64,000 nt of DNA from Andalucia godoyi And28 (taxonomy: Eukaryota > Protista > Jakobida), in assembly GCA_009859145.1 (NCBI GenBank), contig VRVR01000026.1, positions 62,001-126,000 of the forward strand, written 5' to 3'. A model generated the notes under the pieces. That model ran no database searches and was not told where the DNA came from. It saw only the letters and a program-made list of their open reading frames with translations. Position numbers and translations under genes: made by a program. Below, one piece after another: positions 10,754-22,094 of this stretch (positions are counted from its first letter, which is position 1; the number at the start of each line of letters is the position of its first letter).

Positions 10754-10814
10754 CGTTGTTCCCGATCCGCAGTGCTTTACACCAGAACAGTAGAGGAAAG
10801 TAGAAGAGCTGATA

Positions 10815-13800
10815 ATGGGAAAGGATCCGAAAAAGCAAAGTAGCGCAGAGACTGCTCGAGTAGCTGCTCTGGATTCTCGAGCTGCAGAGATTTTCGGTCT
10901 TACCAATGCCGGTTTATCCGCGATTGTGAATTTTGATAAGCGTGATGACCGCACTCTTGTGGACCATCTGCAATCAATCGGCGGCGTGCCCGCGGTTGCG
11001 TCGAAACTGAACTCAAATCCAAAAACGGGGGTTCCTGGAAATGATGATATTGAGCTCCGGAAACATGCGCTTGGCGAGAATAGGGTGCCTCCGCCACCAG
11101 CAAAGTCGTTCTGGTCGCTTGTCGCGGATGCGTTCGAAGATACAATCCTGCGTATTCTTGTTGGCGGTGCTGCCATAACATTTGCTGCAGGAATGGCACT
11201 CGAAGGGCCGGAAAACGGCTGGAAAGAAGGTGTTGCCATCTTCGTTGCTGTGTTCCTTGTCGTTTTCGTAACGTCTGGTAATGACTATCTGAAGGAAAAG
11301 AAGTTCCAGAAAATCTTTTTAATGGCGAATGATAAGAAGGTCAAGGTGGTGCGAGGCGGTGTGGACACCCAGATCTCTTCGTTTGATGTGTGTGCCGGCG
11401 ACGTCGTTCTTCTGGCGACTGGAGATGAGGTTCCTGCGGATGGACTATTGATTGAAGGAAGAAACCTGTTGGTGGATGAATCGGCGCTGACGGGAGAATC
11501 ACTGGCAGTTCGCAAGAACGACAATCATCCATTCATGTTTTCCGGCTGTGAAGTGACGGAAGGCGATGGAATGATGCTTGCAACTGCAGTTGGTGTGCAT
11601 TCGTCTGGAGGCCAAATTCAGGCGCTGCTTAGCGCACAAAGCAAGGAAGAGACTCCACTGCAAGAAAAACTGTCGCGTCTCGCCATTCAGATTGGAAAAT
11701 TTGGTACGGTCGCGGCCATTGCCACGCTGGCTGCGTTGATGATCAACTGGGGTGTTCGACGAGAAGAGGGCAAGTCTTGGGACTGGGATGAGATCATCCC
11801 CATCGTGCACTTTTTTGTGATTGCTGTGACGATTGTGGTTCTTGCGGTTCCGGAAGGATTGCCTCTTGCGGTTACCATTTCTTTGGCGTTCTCGATGGTG
11901 AAAATGATCAAGGACCGGAACTTTGTGCGACATCTCGACGCATCCGAAACCATGGGTGAAACAACGTGCATTTGCACAGACAAGACGGGAACATTAACTG
12001 AAAATCGAATGACGGTCGTCATTGGGTATTTCGGAGGCAATGAATTCTCTGTCCCCACGGGGAACCTCGGTAATTTCGCCGATCTCCAACAGATAACGGA
12101 CGATCTCTCACAGACGGCGATGCCTTCTGCACATTTGCGACACTTGCTATGCGAAAGCATGTGTCTGAATTCTACATGCTTTATCGAGAACATCGAGTCA
12201 CCGAACCCCGTGTTTGTCGGGTCCAAGACGGAAGGAGCGCTTCTTGTGTTTGCATATAAGATGGGTGCTGCGTATGGAGACGTTCGAAACACTGTCAATG
12301 TCATCCGCGTGAACCAGTTTTCTTCGGAGAAGAAGCGCATGTCTGTTCTGGTTCCACGCACTGAGCTGGTGTCGGGCACTTGGAGTCCAAGTTCGCCGCT
12401 CACGTATTCCCACGCTGCTCTTACTGGATCCTCAAGCTCAAACGCGACGGAGGCAAGATCGTATGTTAAAGGCGCCGCAGAGATGGTTCTTTCCCTCTGC
12501 ACCTCTCAATTGCAAGGAGATGGCTCCGTTGTTGCGATCGACGAAGCCAAACGCGCTGCAGTTCTTGAAAAGATTACATCGCTGGCGTCACGTGGCTTGA
12601 GAACAATTTGCCTGGCGTATCGTAACGTGAAAATCACTCCGGGGATGGTCGGACCCGGAGCGGTCCCATTTATTGCCCCAACAGCGAATGCAGATGACAA
12701 GAAGCTGGGTACTGAGGAACTCAGCGTCGAAGTCGAGAAGGCCGGTATTGAAGAGATGGAAAAGGAGCTTACATTTATTGGAATAGTTGGAATCAAGGAT
12801 CCAGTACGACCAGAAGTTCCGGACGCCGTCTTCAAATGCCGTCAAGCAGGGCTTGTTGTCCGAATGGTCACCGGAGATAACATTCTGACGGCAAAGCACA
12901 TTGCACGCGAGTGTGGCATCTTGTCCTCTGACGGAATTTGCCTTGAGGGACCTGCCTTCCGCGTGATGTCAGACGAGGAAAAGGATTCCATTATCCCCAA
13001 GTTGCAAGTGCTTGCACGATCCTCCCCCCAGGACAAGTTCATTCTCGTGTCCAGATTGCAGAAGCTGGGTGAAGTCGTTGCGGTCACTGGAGACGGCACC
13101 AACGACGCACCGGCACTCAAACAAGCGGATGTTGGTTTTTCCATGGGCATTGCAGGAACAGACATTGCGAAAACGGCTTCCGATATCATTTTGCTGGATG
13201 ATAACTTCTCTTCCATCGTCAATGCGATCCGATGGGGCAGAAATGTGTTTGAATCGATCCGGAAATTTGTGCAATTCCAACTGACAGTCAATATTGTTGC
13301 AATTCTTATTACTTTCATTGGCTCTGTTGTCGAAGGTGAGTCTCCTCTCTCTACGGTGCAATTGCTGTGGGTGAATCTGATTATGGACACTCTTGGAGCG
13401 TTGGCACTTGCCACCGATGCTCCTCGCCCAGACGTCCTCCGTACGCAACCGGTTCGCAGAGAAGAGTCTGTGGTCACAAAGTCCATGGGTCTTCACGTGA
13501 TTGTGATTGCCTTGTACCAGCTGTTCGTCTTGTGCTTTTTGCTGTTTTATGGATATCGGTTCTTCCCTGATGGTACCTCCAGCTCTCTAATCAAGATCCA
13601 TACCATTGTCTTTACCACCTTTGTCGTCATGCAGATTGTGAACGAAGTCATATCGAGAAACTTGTACTGGGAACTGAACATCTTCAAGGGAATCCTGAGC
13701 AATCCATTCTTCATTCCATTGATGTTTGTCATTCTTGGTGTCCAGATCATTGTTGTTCAGTTCGGTTCTAGTTTCACATCCACAATTCCGCTGACGGTCG

Positions 13801-14000
13801 ACGAGTGGATCGGCTGCGTTTGCATATCGTTAACTCAGCTTCCATTTGCCTGGGTGTGCCATCTCCCGAAGCCACCTATTGTCCAAGTTGACACTGTCAG
13901 AAACGAGAACTCAGAGGAAAGCGAACGTCTCTTCAAACCCTCCAATTCCAACGGAACTGCCAGGGTCACTCCAGATGGTAGTTTTGTTGCATCTGCATAA
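10815..14000 (+). CDS. PMCA: P2B-type (PMCA/ACA-like) Ca2+-transporting P-type ATPase
   Basis: DESALTGES, VPEGLPLAVTISLAFS, DKTGTLT, KGAAE, MVTGDN, ARSSPQDK, VTGDGTNDAPALKQADVG and QLLWVNLIMDTLGALALAT. Confidence 0.97.
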   Translation: MGKDPKKQSSAETARVAALDSRAAEIFGLTNAGLSAIVNFDKRDDRTLVDHLQSIGGVPAVASKLNSNPKTGVPGNDDIELRKHALGENRVPPPPAKSFWSLVADAFEDTILRILVGGAAITFAAGMALEGPENGWKEGVAIFVAVFLVVFVTSGNDYLKEKKFQKIFLMANDKKVKVVRGGVDTQISSFDVCAGDVVLLATGDEVPADGLLIEGRNLLVDESALTGESLAVRKNDNHPFMFSGCEVTEGDGMMLATAVGVHSSGGQIQALLSAQSKEETPLQEKLSRLAIQIGKFGTVAAIATLAALMINWGVRREEGKSWDWDEIIPIVHFFVIAVTIVVLAVPEGLPLAVTISLAFSMVKMIKDRNFVRHLDASETMGETTCICTDKTGTLTENRMTVVIGYFGGNEFSVPTGNLGNFADLQQITDDLSQTAMPSAHLRHLLCESMCLNSTCFIENIESPNPVFVGSKTEGALLVFAYKMGAAYGDVRNTVNVIRVNQFSSEKKRMSVLVPRTELVSGTWSPSSPLTYSHAALTGSSSSNATEARSYVKGAAEMVLSLCTSQLQGDGSVVAIDEAKRAAVLEKITSLASRGLRTICLAYRNVKITPGMVGPGAVPFIAPTANADDKKLGTEELSVEVEKAGIEEMEKELTFIGIVGIKDPVRPEVPDAVFKCRQAGLVVRMVTGDNILTAKHIARECGILSSDGICLEGPAFRVMSDEEKDSIIPKLQVLARSSPQDKFILVSRLQKLGEVVAVTGDGTNDAPALKQADVGFSMGIAGTDIAKTASDIILLDDNFSSIVNAIRWGRNVFESIRKFVQFQLTVNIVAILITFIGSVVEGESPLSTVQLLWVNLIMDTLGALALATDAPRPDVLRTQPVRREESVVTKSMGLHVIVIALYQLFVLCFLLFYGYRFFPDGTSSSLIKIHTIVFTTFVVMQIVNEVISRNLYWELNIFKGILSNPFFIPLMFVILGVQIIVVQFGSSFTSTIPLTVDEWIGCVCISLTQLPFAWVCHLPKPPIVQVDTVRNENSEESERLFKPSNSNGTARVTPDGSFVASA

Positions 14001-14249
14001 TCGAATCCTGTCGTGCAACTATATTGCCTTGCTTCTTCCCCCCTCTTTCCCCACTCGCGGCCCGTATGACGAGAAAACCGATGAAAATGCCCTATGTCAC
14101 TCTTCGATTTGCCATAAATAATCGTATCTTTTATTATTTTTTCCCCGCTCTCTTGGGGGAAGCACGGAAAACTGGGACCGCCGCATCTATGCGGATGCGT
14201 TACTGAGCAGAAATGAATTAACCCAACCATCCACTCCACCTTGGATGGA

Positions 14250-16673
14250 TCAAACGCTGGAATCGGAATTGGGCGCAGAAATCACTGCCAGGCGACCTTC
14301 ATATATTTGCGCGAGTTCACCAACTCGCGCAAGATCCTGCTTCAGCAGCTTTATATCAGCAGTTTGGCCTTCAATGACCGCGGAAAGCTTCTCCTTCTCT
14401 CGCATCCAAGCTTCTCGGTCGACTGCACAGCTATGCACGCTCTGCTGATTTTCCAATCCTGCTTGCTTTGTTTTTGCAATGTCTTGCTCCAGCCGATCGA
14501 TCTCACGCCTCAGCAGCGCTAACCGCTCTTCTGCAACTCTCTCAACTTGCATGGAAAAGTCTCCAACATGCTCCAAAAATGCTTGGTGCTCCGTGTCCAG
14601 AAGATCCGCTTTTGGAAGCAAGCTGGAGGAAATTAGAATTTCAAGCTGCATTTGCTGCTGATACAAGAGGGCTTCTCGTTCTAGAGCCGCAGAGGCCACC
14701 GGGTCTTCGGAGCATCCATTTGTCGATGCATTCTGCAGTCGTTCCAACTTGCGCTGCTCCTCCTCTGAGGCCAATTGCTGCAACTCTTGCATGACTTCGC
14801 ACAACTCCTTGTACGCCCGCATTTGGTTCCTCCAAACGGCGTCTCTCATTTGCAATCGAGCATTGTCTTCGAAAGAATTCTTCAGCAGTAAAAAGACTTG
14901 CTGGAACCGCACCTGATCCGACTCAAAGGCCGTGGACAAGTCGAGCTTTCGGGATTGCTCAAGCGATCGAATTCTTTCGTCCGCAGACGCACGCATACGC
15001 TCTGCAAACTCGAGCTGAACTTCCAGTCTGGCATTCTGCTCCAACAAATCCAGCCAGATTCGATGAAAATCGGATCCCTTTTCCACAACCGACATGTCCG
15101 GGTGGTCATCCGTGTTCTTGGAACTCCGGCGCGGCGTATTGATTGGCGAGGTGCTTGTCGTCTTTTCGGCGCGATCTGACGACGCTCCGGGGTATGTTGC
15201 AATGAGAGTCGGGTTGAGCTGCAATTTTGCCATGTCCACCTGCAGCCGCAATCGCTCGACTTCGGCGACCAGCACGGATTCGCGATGCAAGCAGTCAACG
15301 TGCTGGCTTCGCAGATCAAGCCCGTCGGATCGTTTGCCAGATCCGACGCTCTGTGCAGCAGGCGGGGATCCTGCAAAACGATCCAGAGCCAGACGCACAA
15401 CCTTCCCTGAGCGATCGGAGAACCCCTCCAACAACTTCACCGTCACAGTCTTCTCCTCGAGTGCCTTCAGCCTCCACTTTTCAACATCGATCTTCAACGT
15501 CTCGTTCTCCGATTGCAGCGTCGACATTTCGCGCTCTCGAATCATCAGGGAATGTCGAGTATATTCGAGCTCACGTCGCATGGCTGCCAATGTGTCCTCG
15601 GAGTTCTCGAATGTCGCAGCGTACGTTTCGTCTAGTCTTTGCCGCTCAAACTGCAGTTGGAGTAAGAATTTTCTGATTTCCTTATCCGCCGAAATCCCAA
15701 GACGCTGTCGCTCTGCGTTAAAATGCTGGATAAGATCTCTTTGTGCATCTTCTCTCTGAAACAGCAATTCAGATTCGTGCTGCCTCTTCAGCTCCCGAAT
15801 GATCTTTTCAAACGACTCGGGTCGTTGCGCATTCGCAGGGCTCAGGAACCCTTGTGGAGAATCGACAGTGTCTGGTGGTCGCGACGACGACGATGACGAC
15901 TGCGAGCCCTGTCGCTTTCTTTGCTGTGCAGATCCCGGTTGCTGCGAATCCCTAGAAGCCCTCATCGCCGAGACTGTCTCGTCGTCCATTGCTTCCGACC
16001 TTGACGTATCCGCATCGCCTCCGTGAACAGACGACAGGTCTTCAATTGCCTGCTCAGGTCGCTCGTCTGCAATGTCCGATCCGCCGTGCTCGCCATCCTC
16101 CATTCTGTCCCTCTCCGCATAATTTCCATTACCCTTATGATCTGCACCTCTATCGAAACCACCGCCACCATTGCCATTATCAGTGCCACTACTGATGTGA
16201 GTACCATTCGCATCCACGGCCTCCAAAACCTGATCCGCGATTCCCAGACATCGCAAACAGTCTTCAGACTGCAAAAACGCAGCAATTCGATCGTCAATTG
16301 GATGTGAAAAATCAACAGTGATGTCGTGCTGCGATTGCAGACTCGACAAGAAAAAGAACAGCACAAGCGCATTGAAACACGGCTTAAATGATGCCGAAAG
16401 TATCCCTTTGGAATCCACAAACTGCCTTGGTACGCCCACAGAGTCAAGTAACTCAAGAATTCGTTTGTGGTTGTGGTTGCACTCCCATGCTTCTTTGGCG
16501 CTTCGTCTGATTGTACTATCTCGTGGGAAGTCTAGCGCAAACGGCCAAATCCGTGAAATGATTTTTAGAATGACAACGCCGTCTTTGAGATCTTCTAATC
16601 GAGAGCATTCTCGAGAGGAGAACCGCGACGCCCAGCTCAAGAGCTCTGTCTTTCCAATCACTCTTCGCGACAT
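14250..16673 (-). CDS. Calponin-homology-like N-terminal domain plus long coiled-coil protein
   Basis: The N-terminus GKTELLSWAS...LEDLKDGVVILKIISRIWP resembles a CH domain; the remainder is E/Q/R/L-rich and heptad-like. Confidence 0.7.
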   Translation of the reverse strand: MSRRVIGKTELLSWASRFSSRECSRLEDLKDGVVILKIISRIWPFALDFPRDSTIRRSAKEAWECNHNHKRILELLDSVGVPRQFVDSKGILSASFKPCFNALVLFFFLSSLQSQHDITVDFSHPIDDRIAAFLQSEDCLRCLGIADQVLEAVDANGTHISSGTDNGNGGGGFDRGADHKGNGNYAERDRMEDGEHGGSDIADERPEQAIEDLSSVHGGDADTSRSEAMDDETVSAMRASRDSQQPGSAQQRKRQGSQSSSSSSRPPDTVDSPQGFLSPANAQRPESFEKIIRELKRQHESELLFQREDAQRDLIQHFNAERQRLGISADKEIRKFLLQLQFERQRLDETYAATFENSEDTLAAMRRELEYTRHSLMIREREMSTLQSENETLKIDVEKWRLKALEEKTVTVKLLEGFSDRSGKVVRLALDRFAGSPPAAQSVGSGKRSDGLDLRSQHVDCLHRESVLVAEVERLRLQVDMAKLQLNPTLIATYPGASSDRAEKTTSTSPINTPRRSSKNTDDHPDMSVVEKGSDFHRIWLDLLEQNARLEVQLEFAERMRASADERIRSLEQSRKLDLSTAFESDQVRFQQVFLLLKNSFEDNARLQMRDAVWRNQMRAYKELCEVMQELQQLASEEEQRKLERLQNASTNGCSEDPVASAALEREALLYQQQMQLEILISSSLLPKADLLDTEHQAFLEHVGDFSMQVERVAEERLALLRREIDRLEQDIAKTKQAGLENQQSVHSCAVDREAWMREKEKLSAVIEGQTADIKLLKQDLARVGELAQIYEGRLAVISAPNSDSSV

Positions 16674-16714
16674 GCTGCTGCTGCTGCTCCTCCAGCTTCA
16701 AACAGTGAGAAATA

Positions 16715-16746
<32 letters not shown>

Positions 16747-17379
16747 GATGGAAGACCACGAACTGTCAGAGTGTAGCTCTGAGACCATGTCAGCGTCGGT
16801 TCCCCTCCCCGAAATGGCTGTAGTGAGGCCCTCAAGTGATGCGAGAAAGCGACTCGTGCTGCAGGAACAAGGAACGAAGAGAGGAAGGAGGGGGGGGGAA
16901 AAAGGAAAAAGCCAAATCAGGACTCTGTGGAGTTCGTTCGAGTTTTCGTCGGACTTTTTTCCTACCTTCTCGTTCGGTGTTCCGCCCCGAAAAAGGAAAG
17001 AGGATTCCAGTTTCGGGCATTCCAGTTTCAGTGTTCGAGAATGGAGACCAGTCGAAGCGACGTACTGCACGTCGATTTTCGATCTGGTTTCGATATGAAT
17101 AAGTGAACCATCGAAGCGTATGTTTGCCTACCCTCCCGTTCGCTTCCTTTCTTTTTTTTCTTCCCTTTTCTCTTCTTCTCTTTTTCTCCCTCTTAGCTTA
17201 CCGCAAACATCCTGTCCAGTTTTCACAATTCTTGCTACGACGTTTGAGAAGCACAAGTCGTTGGAAAAGAAAAAGAAAGGGAGAAAAGACAACAAGAAGA
17301 AGTGGTGATATTGATCATCATTGTCGGTTTTGTTAGTAGCATTATCATTATTATTATCATTTAATTAGAGGATATTAGA

Positions 17380-20337
17380 ATGTCATTGCAGGATGAGTCA
17401 TCCTTGCGAGTTGTGTTTGAGAGACAGTTTCGTGAAGCAAATGAGTTTGACACTGTACATCGTCCGCAAGCTTCGAGCTCCAAAACAGCGTTTCATCGCT
17501 CACGTCAGACAAATCCTGACGATCCGGGCATTACAACGTGTGATTACCACGTGAGCCCCGTTGCAAAGGAAGAGTCGAATGCCGCTGCTGATTTTTTTCG
17601 ATACGCTCAACTCATGGAGAAGTGGAAGTCGAAGCGCTGGTCCGAGTCGAGCATGAAGAGCCAGATGCAGCAAGAAGTGGATCGGTATGTCGACGATCTC
17701 ATCAAGAAACACTCGCGCAAAATCGCTGGCGCCGTCGAAGCACTCTCCGAGCATGCGTGGTTCATCAAGAGCCATCCGGGGTCACCGAGCGAGAAGGTCA
17801 CTCTGTTCCCACAGGCAGTCCGGCTGTATCAGAGACTTGGGGCTCTGTGCTCGACACAGGCTTTGTGGGATCGCGCCGTGCACTATCAATCGATTGCTGT
17901 CGATGCTGTTGTCGAGTTTGAAAGAGCCGGAGTCATGTACACGAAGCGTGACGGTATCAAGCAGTGGGACCTGTTGCGAGACCAAGTTCGACGCTCATTC
18001 TCCCTCAGTCCTGCAGGCGCGCTCAAGTACTTTGAGAACAAGGCCACTGCGCTCTACGTGGCTTGGGCACTGCGAGACCCTTCCTCCAAGAAGGAGGACG
18101 ATCTCGAGATTATCCTTGCCAAGCGCATCCGCAACGATATTGTGAATCTCCGAGAGAAAAAGTTTGAAAAGTGGGGCAATCTGTTCTTCGTTTATCTCAT
18201 CTTCTTTATGTGCATGTTTCTCGCGGCCCGATGCTACCAGGCGTCGTCATGCGATGCCCCCGCACAGATCGTGTACATTGACAGCGCCACATTCTCCACC
18301 ATCCCACACGCGTTTGAACGCATTTCGATATATCCTTCATGTGCCTCAACGTGCGGATTTCCGTGGTACAATCTGCGGCCGGAATGCACGTGCGATCCGA
18401 GCGATCTTGACTGCTCTGGAAACGCAAATCCCGACGTTCCCGATGTAGGATCCACATGCTTTTGCCGAAATGTCGTTTGCGATTCATGCAACATTTGTGG
18501 ACGCTTCCGCTTGATTCTCCGAAAGTATATATTCTGGGTCTTCTTCTTTGCGACTATTTTGGACTCCATCTTGTTCTTGTTGTCCATCATCGCAGTTACC
18601 TATCCGAATCCGCCGCTGGAGGGTGTAGAGGAGTTAGATACGCAGTTCTACGCAAACCGCTCGGAAGCCCTTCGAGACTGTGCCCTCATCATTCCGCACT
18701 ACGGACCGGAAGGGCCGATTGAAGCCACTCTGAAGTGCGCGCTTCAAATCTTTCCTCCAGACAAGATCTACGTCTGCCACAACGGTCCGTCCAACGCTCC
18801 GTTCGACCGTTCCGGAATGCTGCTCAACACGTTTGACTGCGTGAAGAGAGTGTCCGAGTGGTACAGAGAACAAACCGGCCGTCCCAACGCCCCCGACATT
18901 AATTATACTTGGACTTCAGAGGGCTCAAAGAGCGGCGCGATTTTTGAAGGCGTTCTCTTTGCGTCTCGTGAAAAGTATGTTTGCATCATGGACAACGACT
19001 GTCTGCTCCCCAAAGATCTTGCCATTCCCACGTATCTGATGGAACGGAAGGACAAGGTCAAGGCCTTGTCGTTCGTGATTCGCGCTGCGAATACGTACAA
19101 GTCGGATGGAAGCATCAATTTTTGGCCCGCGTTGCAGGACCTGGAATACAAGAAGGCTGCTCTTGCAAAGCTCTTTCAATCGCAAATGGGTACATGTCTG
19201 TTTGCTCACGGGGCGATTGCGTGCTGGCATCGAGAGACTGTGGTGCAGGTTATGCTTCGACACAACGGCAACTTTTTCGGTGATGATCTGCAGATGGGTC
19301 TTATTCTTCAGAAATTCAACGAATCGTCGCGAATGAAGGCTGTTGGAAACGTCAATGTTCCCACCATCACCCCTTCGCATTTCTTCTGCTGCCCGTGGAA
19401 TACGCCAAAGGCAAAGGCGAGCGGAAAGTCTTGGTTCAACCGCATGCTTTGCGCTCCGTACCGTTGCAACGCCTGGGGATGCCATCACGAGGAAAAGAGC
19501 TTGTTCTGCCAACGCGCTCGATCGTGGGATGTTGCTTGCTCAAGAATGCTGATGGAAGAACTCAAAGTTCTACTGTGGACGTGGAACCGCCCAACACTTG
19601 TACTGAAACCGTACGTCGTTTACGAGACGTATTGCACAATTCAGGATTTCCTTCGTGTACCGCTACTCGTCTATGTCTTCCTGTCGTGGGATCGGCTCTA
19701 TCCGTGGCTGATGCTCACCGGTCTATTTTTTGCGCTGTCCATCTTCCTTCATCTGGTCCTTGACTACTGGTCCTTCCGCAAGCGCCCGGAGCTTCGTTCT
19801 GGAACCCGAATCTCGGTCCTCTATTTGTTCTACAACAACGTGCTGCTGCTAACGCGCTGGCTGGGCCTTGTGTACAACGTGTTCTTGTTCCTACCGCGAT
19901 CGCGAGTGCAGTCGAAGATGAAGAACCGGCCCCAGCTTCCGGGATTCATCGACGGGAAGTTTGTCAGTTCTGATAACAGCAATCCGCGCCCGCCCGTCAA
20001 TTCCGAGCTTGAGAAGCTCCACGATGACGTCCGCATCAATCCCTTCGTCCGCGGTGCAAAGCGGACCAAGGAGAATGACGGTTGGCTTGTTATCCAGTGG
20101 GACGGAAGCACATGGACCACCGTCGACAAGATCTTGGACAAATCACCTTTGAACACGACACCAAGAAGAGAAAAGCAAGACGACATGGAGGCGCAGTCGT
20201 ACATTTTCTTCCTCGTTCTCGTCACTGGCGCCTTCTTTCTGGGGTACTATGCAACCCAGACCATCCTTCCGTTCGCAATCGTCCTCTCCATCTTTTGCGT
20301 TCTTTTGTACAATGTCCACGTCGCGTACAATCTCTAA
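17380..20337 (+). CDS. Multi-pass processive glycosyltransferase family 2 (hyaluronan/chitin/cellulose-synthase-like)
   Basis: LIIPHY...CHNG, DND (DxD, 18991-18999), GDD (19279-19287) and QRARSW (QxxRW-like, 19510-19527), with several TM helices and a Cys-rich loop between the first two. Confidence 0.8.
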   Translation: MSLQDESSLRVVFERQFREANEFDTVHRPQASSSKTAFHRSRQTNPDDPGITTCDYHVSPVAKEESNAAADFFRYAQLMEKWKSKRWSESSMKSQMQQEVDRYVDDLIKKHSRKIAGAVEALSEHAWFIKSHPGSPSEKVTLFPQAVRLYQRLGALCSTQALWDRAVHYQSIAVDAVVEFERAGVMYTKRDGIKQWDLLRDQVRRSFSLSPAGALKYFENKATALYVAWALRDPSSKKEDDLEIILAKRIRNDIVNLREKKFEKWGNLFFVYLIFFMCMFLAARCYQASSCDAPAQIVYIDSATFSTIPHAFERISIYPSCASTCGFPWYNLRPECTCDPSDLDCSGNANPDVPDVGSTCFCRNVVCDSCNICGRFRLILRKYIFWVFFFATILDSILFLLSIIAVTYPNPPLEGVEELDTQFYANRSEALRDCALIIPHYGPEGPIEATLKCALQIFPPDKIYVCHNGPSNAPFDRSGMLLNTFDCVKRVSEWYREQTGRPNAPDINYTWTSEGSKSGAIFEGVLFASREKYVCIMDNDCLLPKDLAIPTYLMERKDKVKALSFVIRAANTYKSDGSINFWPALQDLEYKKAALAKLFQSQMGTCLFAHGAIACWHRETVVQVMLRHNGNFFGDDLQMGLILQKFNESSRMKAVGNVNVPTITPSHFFCCPWNTPKAKASGKSWFNRMLCAPYRCNAWGCHHEEKSLFCQRARSWDVACSRMLMEELKVLLWTWNRPTLVLKPYVVYETYCTIQDFLRVPLLVYVFLSWDRLYPWLMLTGLFFALSIFLHLVLDYWSFRKRPELRSGTRISVLYLFYNNVLLLTRWLGLVYNVFLFLPRSRVQSKMKNRPQLPGFIDGKFVSSDNSNPRPPVNSELEKLHDDVRINPFVRGAKRTKENDGWLVIQWDGSTWTTVDKILDKSPLNTTPRREKQDDMEAQSYIFFLVLVTGAFFLGYYATQTILPFAIVLSIFCVLLYNVHVAYNL

Positions 20338-20729
20338 TGAACTGCCGTGTTGTTTTTTGTGACTGCGCTAGTTGTTGTACCCACAGATGCGGGGACGCCA
20401 TGCCTCCCCCGCCGCAAAACTCGGGGAGGAAAAAACAAAAAGTAAAAGAGATTAATACCACCTTGGTCGTCAACTGCCGTACTTTCAAACTGACATGCTA
20501 TTTTTTGATACACTGCAAGCCTTTCTCTCTGACGCCTCTTCGCACGTTTTCGCTCTGCAAACAGTACAGACTTGAGAAAGTTTTTGGTTCTTCAGTTTTT
20601 CGTTTCGTTTTAGCTGCTTCGTCCATCTTTGTTTTGTTTTGTTTTGTTTTTCTTAGTATCTATTATTTTTTAATTTTTATTTCCTTTTTGAATTTCTGAT
20701 ACTTTCTTAAAACGCTAGTGATTTGGAGA

Positions 20730-21056
20730 ATGACTGTTCCCGAGGGAGACGCAGCAGTTGGTGAGAAGATCTTCAAGACGCGTTGTGCGCAGTGCCACGT
20801 GTACGACAAGGCCGGTGGAAACAAGGTTGGTCCGAACCTGCATGGTCTTTTTGGCCGTGTGTCTGGCTCCGTCGATGGATTTGCGTACTCTCCTGCAAAC
20901 AAGTCTGCTGGAGTCACATGGAACGAGGAGTCGCTCTTCTCGTACCTCGAGAACCCGAAGAAGTTCATGCCCGGTAACAAGATGGCGTTCGCTGGACTGC
21001 CAAAGGCTGCCGATCGTGCAAACCTCATTGCGTTCTTGAAGCAAGCCACCGCTTAA
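20730..21056 (+). CDS. CYC1: Mitochondrial cytochrome c
   Basis: [18 protein letters not shown]...[12 protein letters not shown]...[19 protein letters not shown], with a canonical CxxCH. Confidence 0.98.
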   Translation: MTVPEGDAAVGEKIFKTRCAQCHVYDKAGGNKVGPNLHGLFGRVSGSVDGFAYSPANKSAGVTWNEESLFSYLENPKKFMPGNKMAFAGLPKAADRANLIAFLKQATA

Positions 21057-21269
21057 TTGCGTCAGAAAACAACAAGCAGTTGGAAAAACAATCGAGGACA
21101 AATCAGGTCTGCATTTACTGTGGTTTCTTGCGTGTGCGTGCATGCGTGCGTGTGTGTTTTACCGGATTTGCAAATCCAGAATAAAGGAAAAGGAAACCCC
21201 AAAGCAACAATAACAACAACAGCAGAAGAAGAAGCAGAAGAAGAAAAAAAGATGAAGGGACCGTGAGCG

Positions 21270-22094
21270 TCAAGGAGAGGTAAATGACAGGGACTTTGCG
21301 TGGGGTGGAGTTCGGGTCAGAACACAGTCATTGGCGATTGAGAAGGACGGCGAGTCGTGCGGGCTAGGGAGATTTCGCATGTCCTTCAGCACGGATCGGA
21401 AATTCCACGTTGATGTCGAGTGTGACTGGGTCGGAAGAGCAACAGCAGGAGGAGCAGCAGGAGGGGAAGGAGAGCCGAATGATATATCCATACTTGCGCA
21501 TTCGGAAACGAGCAATGCAACTGGATCTGCGACGCACGGGTAATCTTTGAACTGCAGAACGGGCACATGGTTGTTCACACTAGCACGTGAACCACATCCA
21601 GTACCAGTACTAGAAAGTGAATGCGAATGCGAACTGAGAGTGGAGGATTGGCGATGGACACTCAAGACAGATGTAATGGTTGCAGATCGCATTGATGTAT
21701 TGGCGGACGGTCGAGTGTCAAATGAGCAGTCTGCGACAATCACAAGTGACAGCAAATGTCGTTCGATTGCCTCGTTGTCATGGTCATTACGATTATGACG
21801 ACCACCATCATTCTCGCTGCTGTTCACGTTGGCACAGCGGTTGTTGACAGAAAGCAGTTTTTCAGCGGCCTTTCCAAACGCGGTCAGGGAAATACACTCA
21901 CCATCTTCCGCCACCGCACGCATCTTCAATCGATGTGCAACAAAAGTGCTTGGAGCGGCCGTTTGCTGAGATCGGGACGCTGGACAAATAGCGCACTTTT
22001 GCATCGGAAACGATACTTTTCGACTGCATCTCGAACACGCAACATACGAAATCGGAAAATACACATTCTCAACACGAAACTGAACAATGCTCAT
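21270..22094 (-). CDS. Zn-ribbon OB-fold protein (RPA1-C/DDIAS-like N-terminus) with disordered tail
   Basis: YVACSRCSRKV...CAIC...HRLKMRAV...ISLTAFGKAAEKLL fits the RPA1 C-terminal-type OB fold. Confidence 0.7.
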   Translation of the reverse strand: MSIVQFRVENVYFPISYVACSRCSRKVSFPMQKCAICPASRSQQTAAPSTFVAHRLKMRAVAEDGECISLTAFGKAAEKLLSVNNRCANVNSSENDGGRHNRNDHDNEAIERHLLSLVIVADCSFDTRPSANTSMRSATITSVLSVHRQSSTLSSHSHSLSSTGTGCGSRASVNNHVPVLQFKDYPCVADPVALLVSECASMDISFGSPSPPAAPPAVALPTQSHSTSTWNFRSVLKDMRNLPSPHDSPSFSIANDCVLTRTPPHAKSLSFTSP

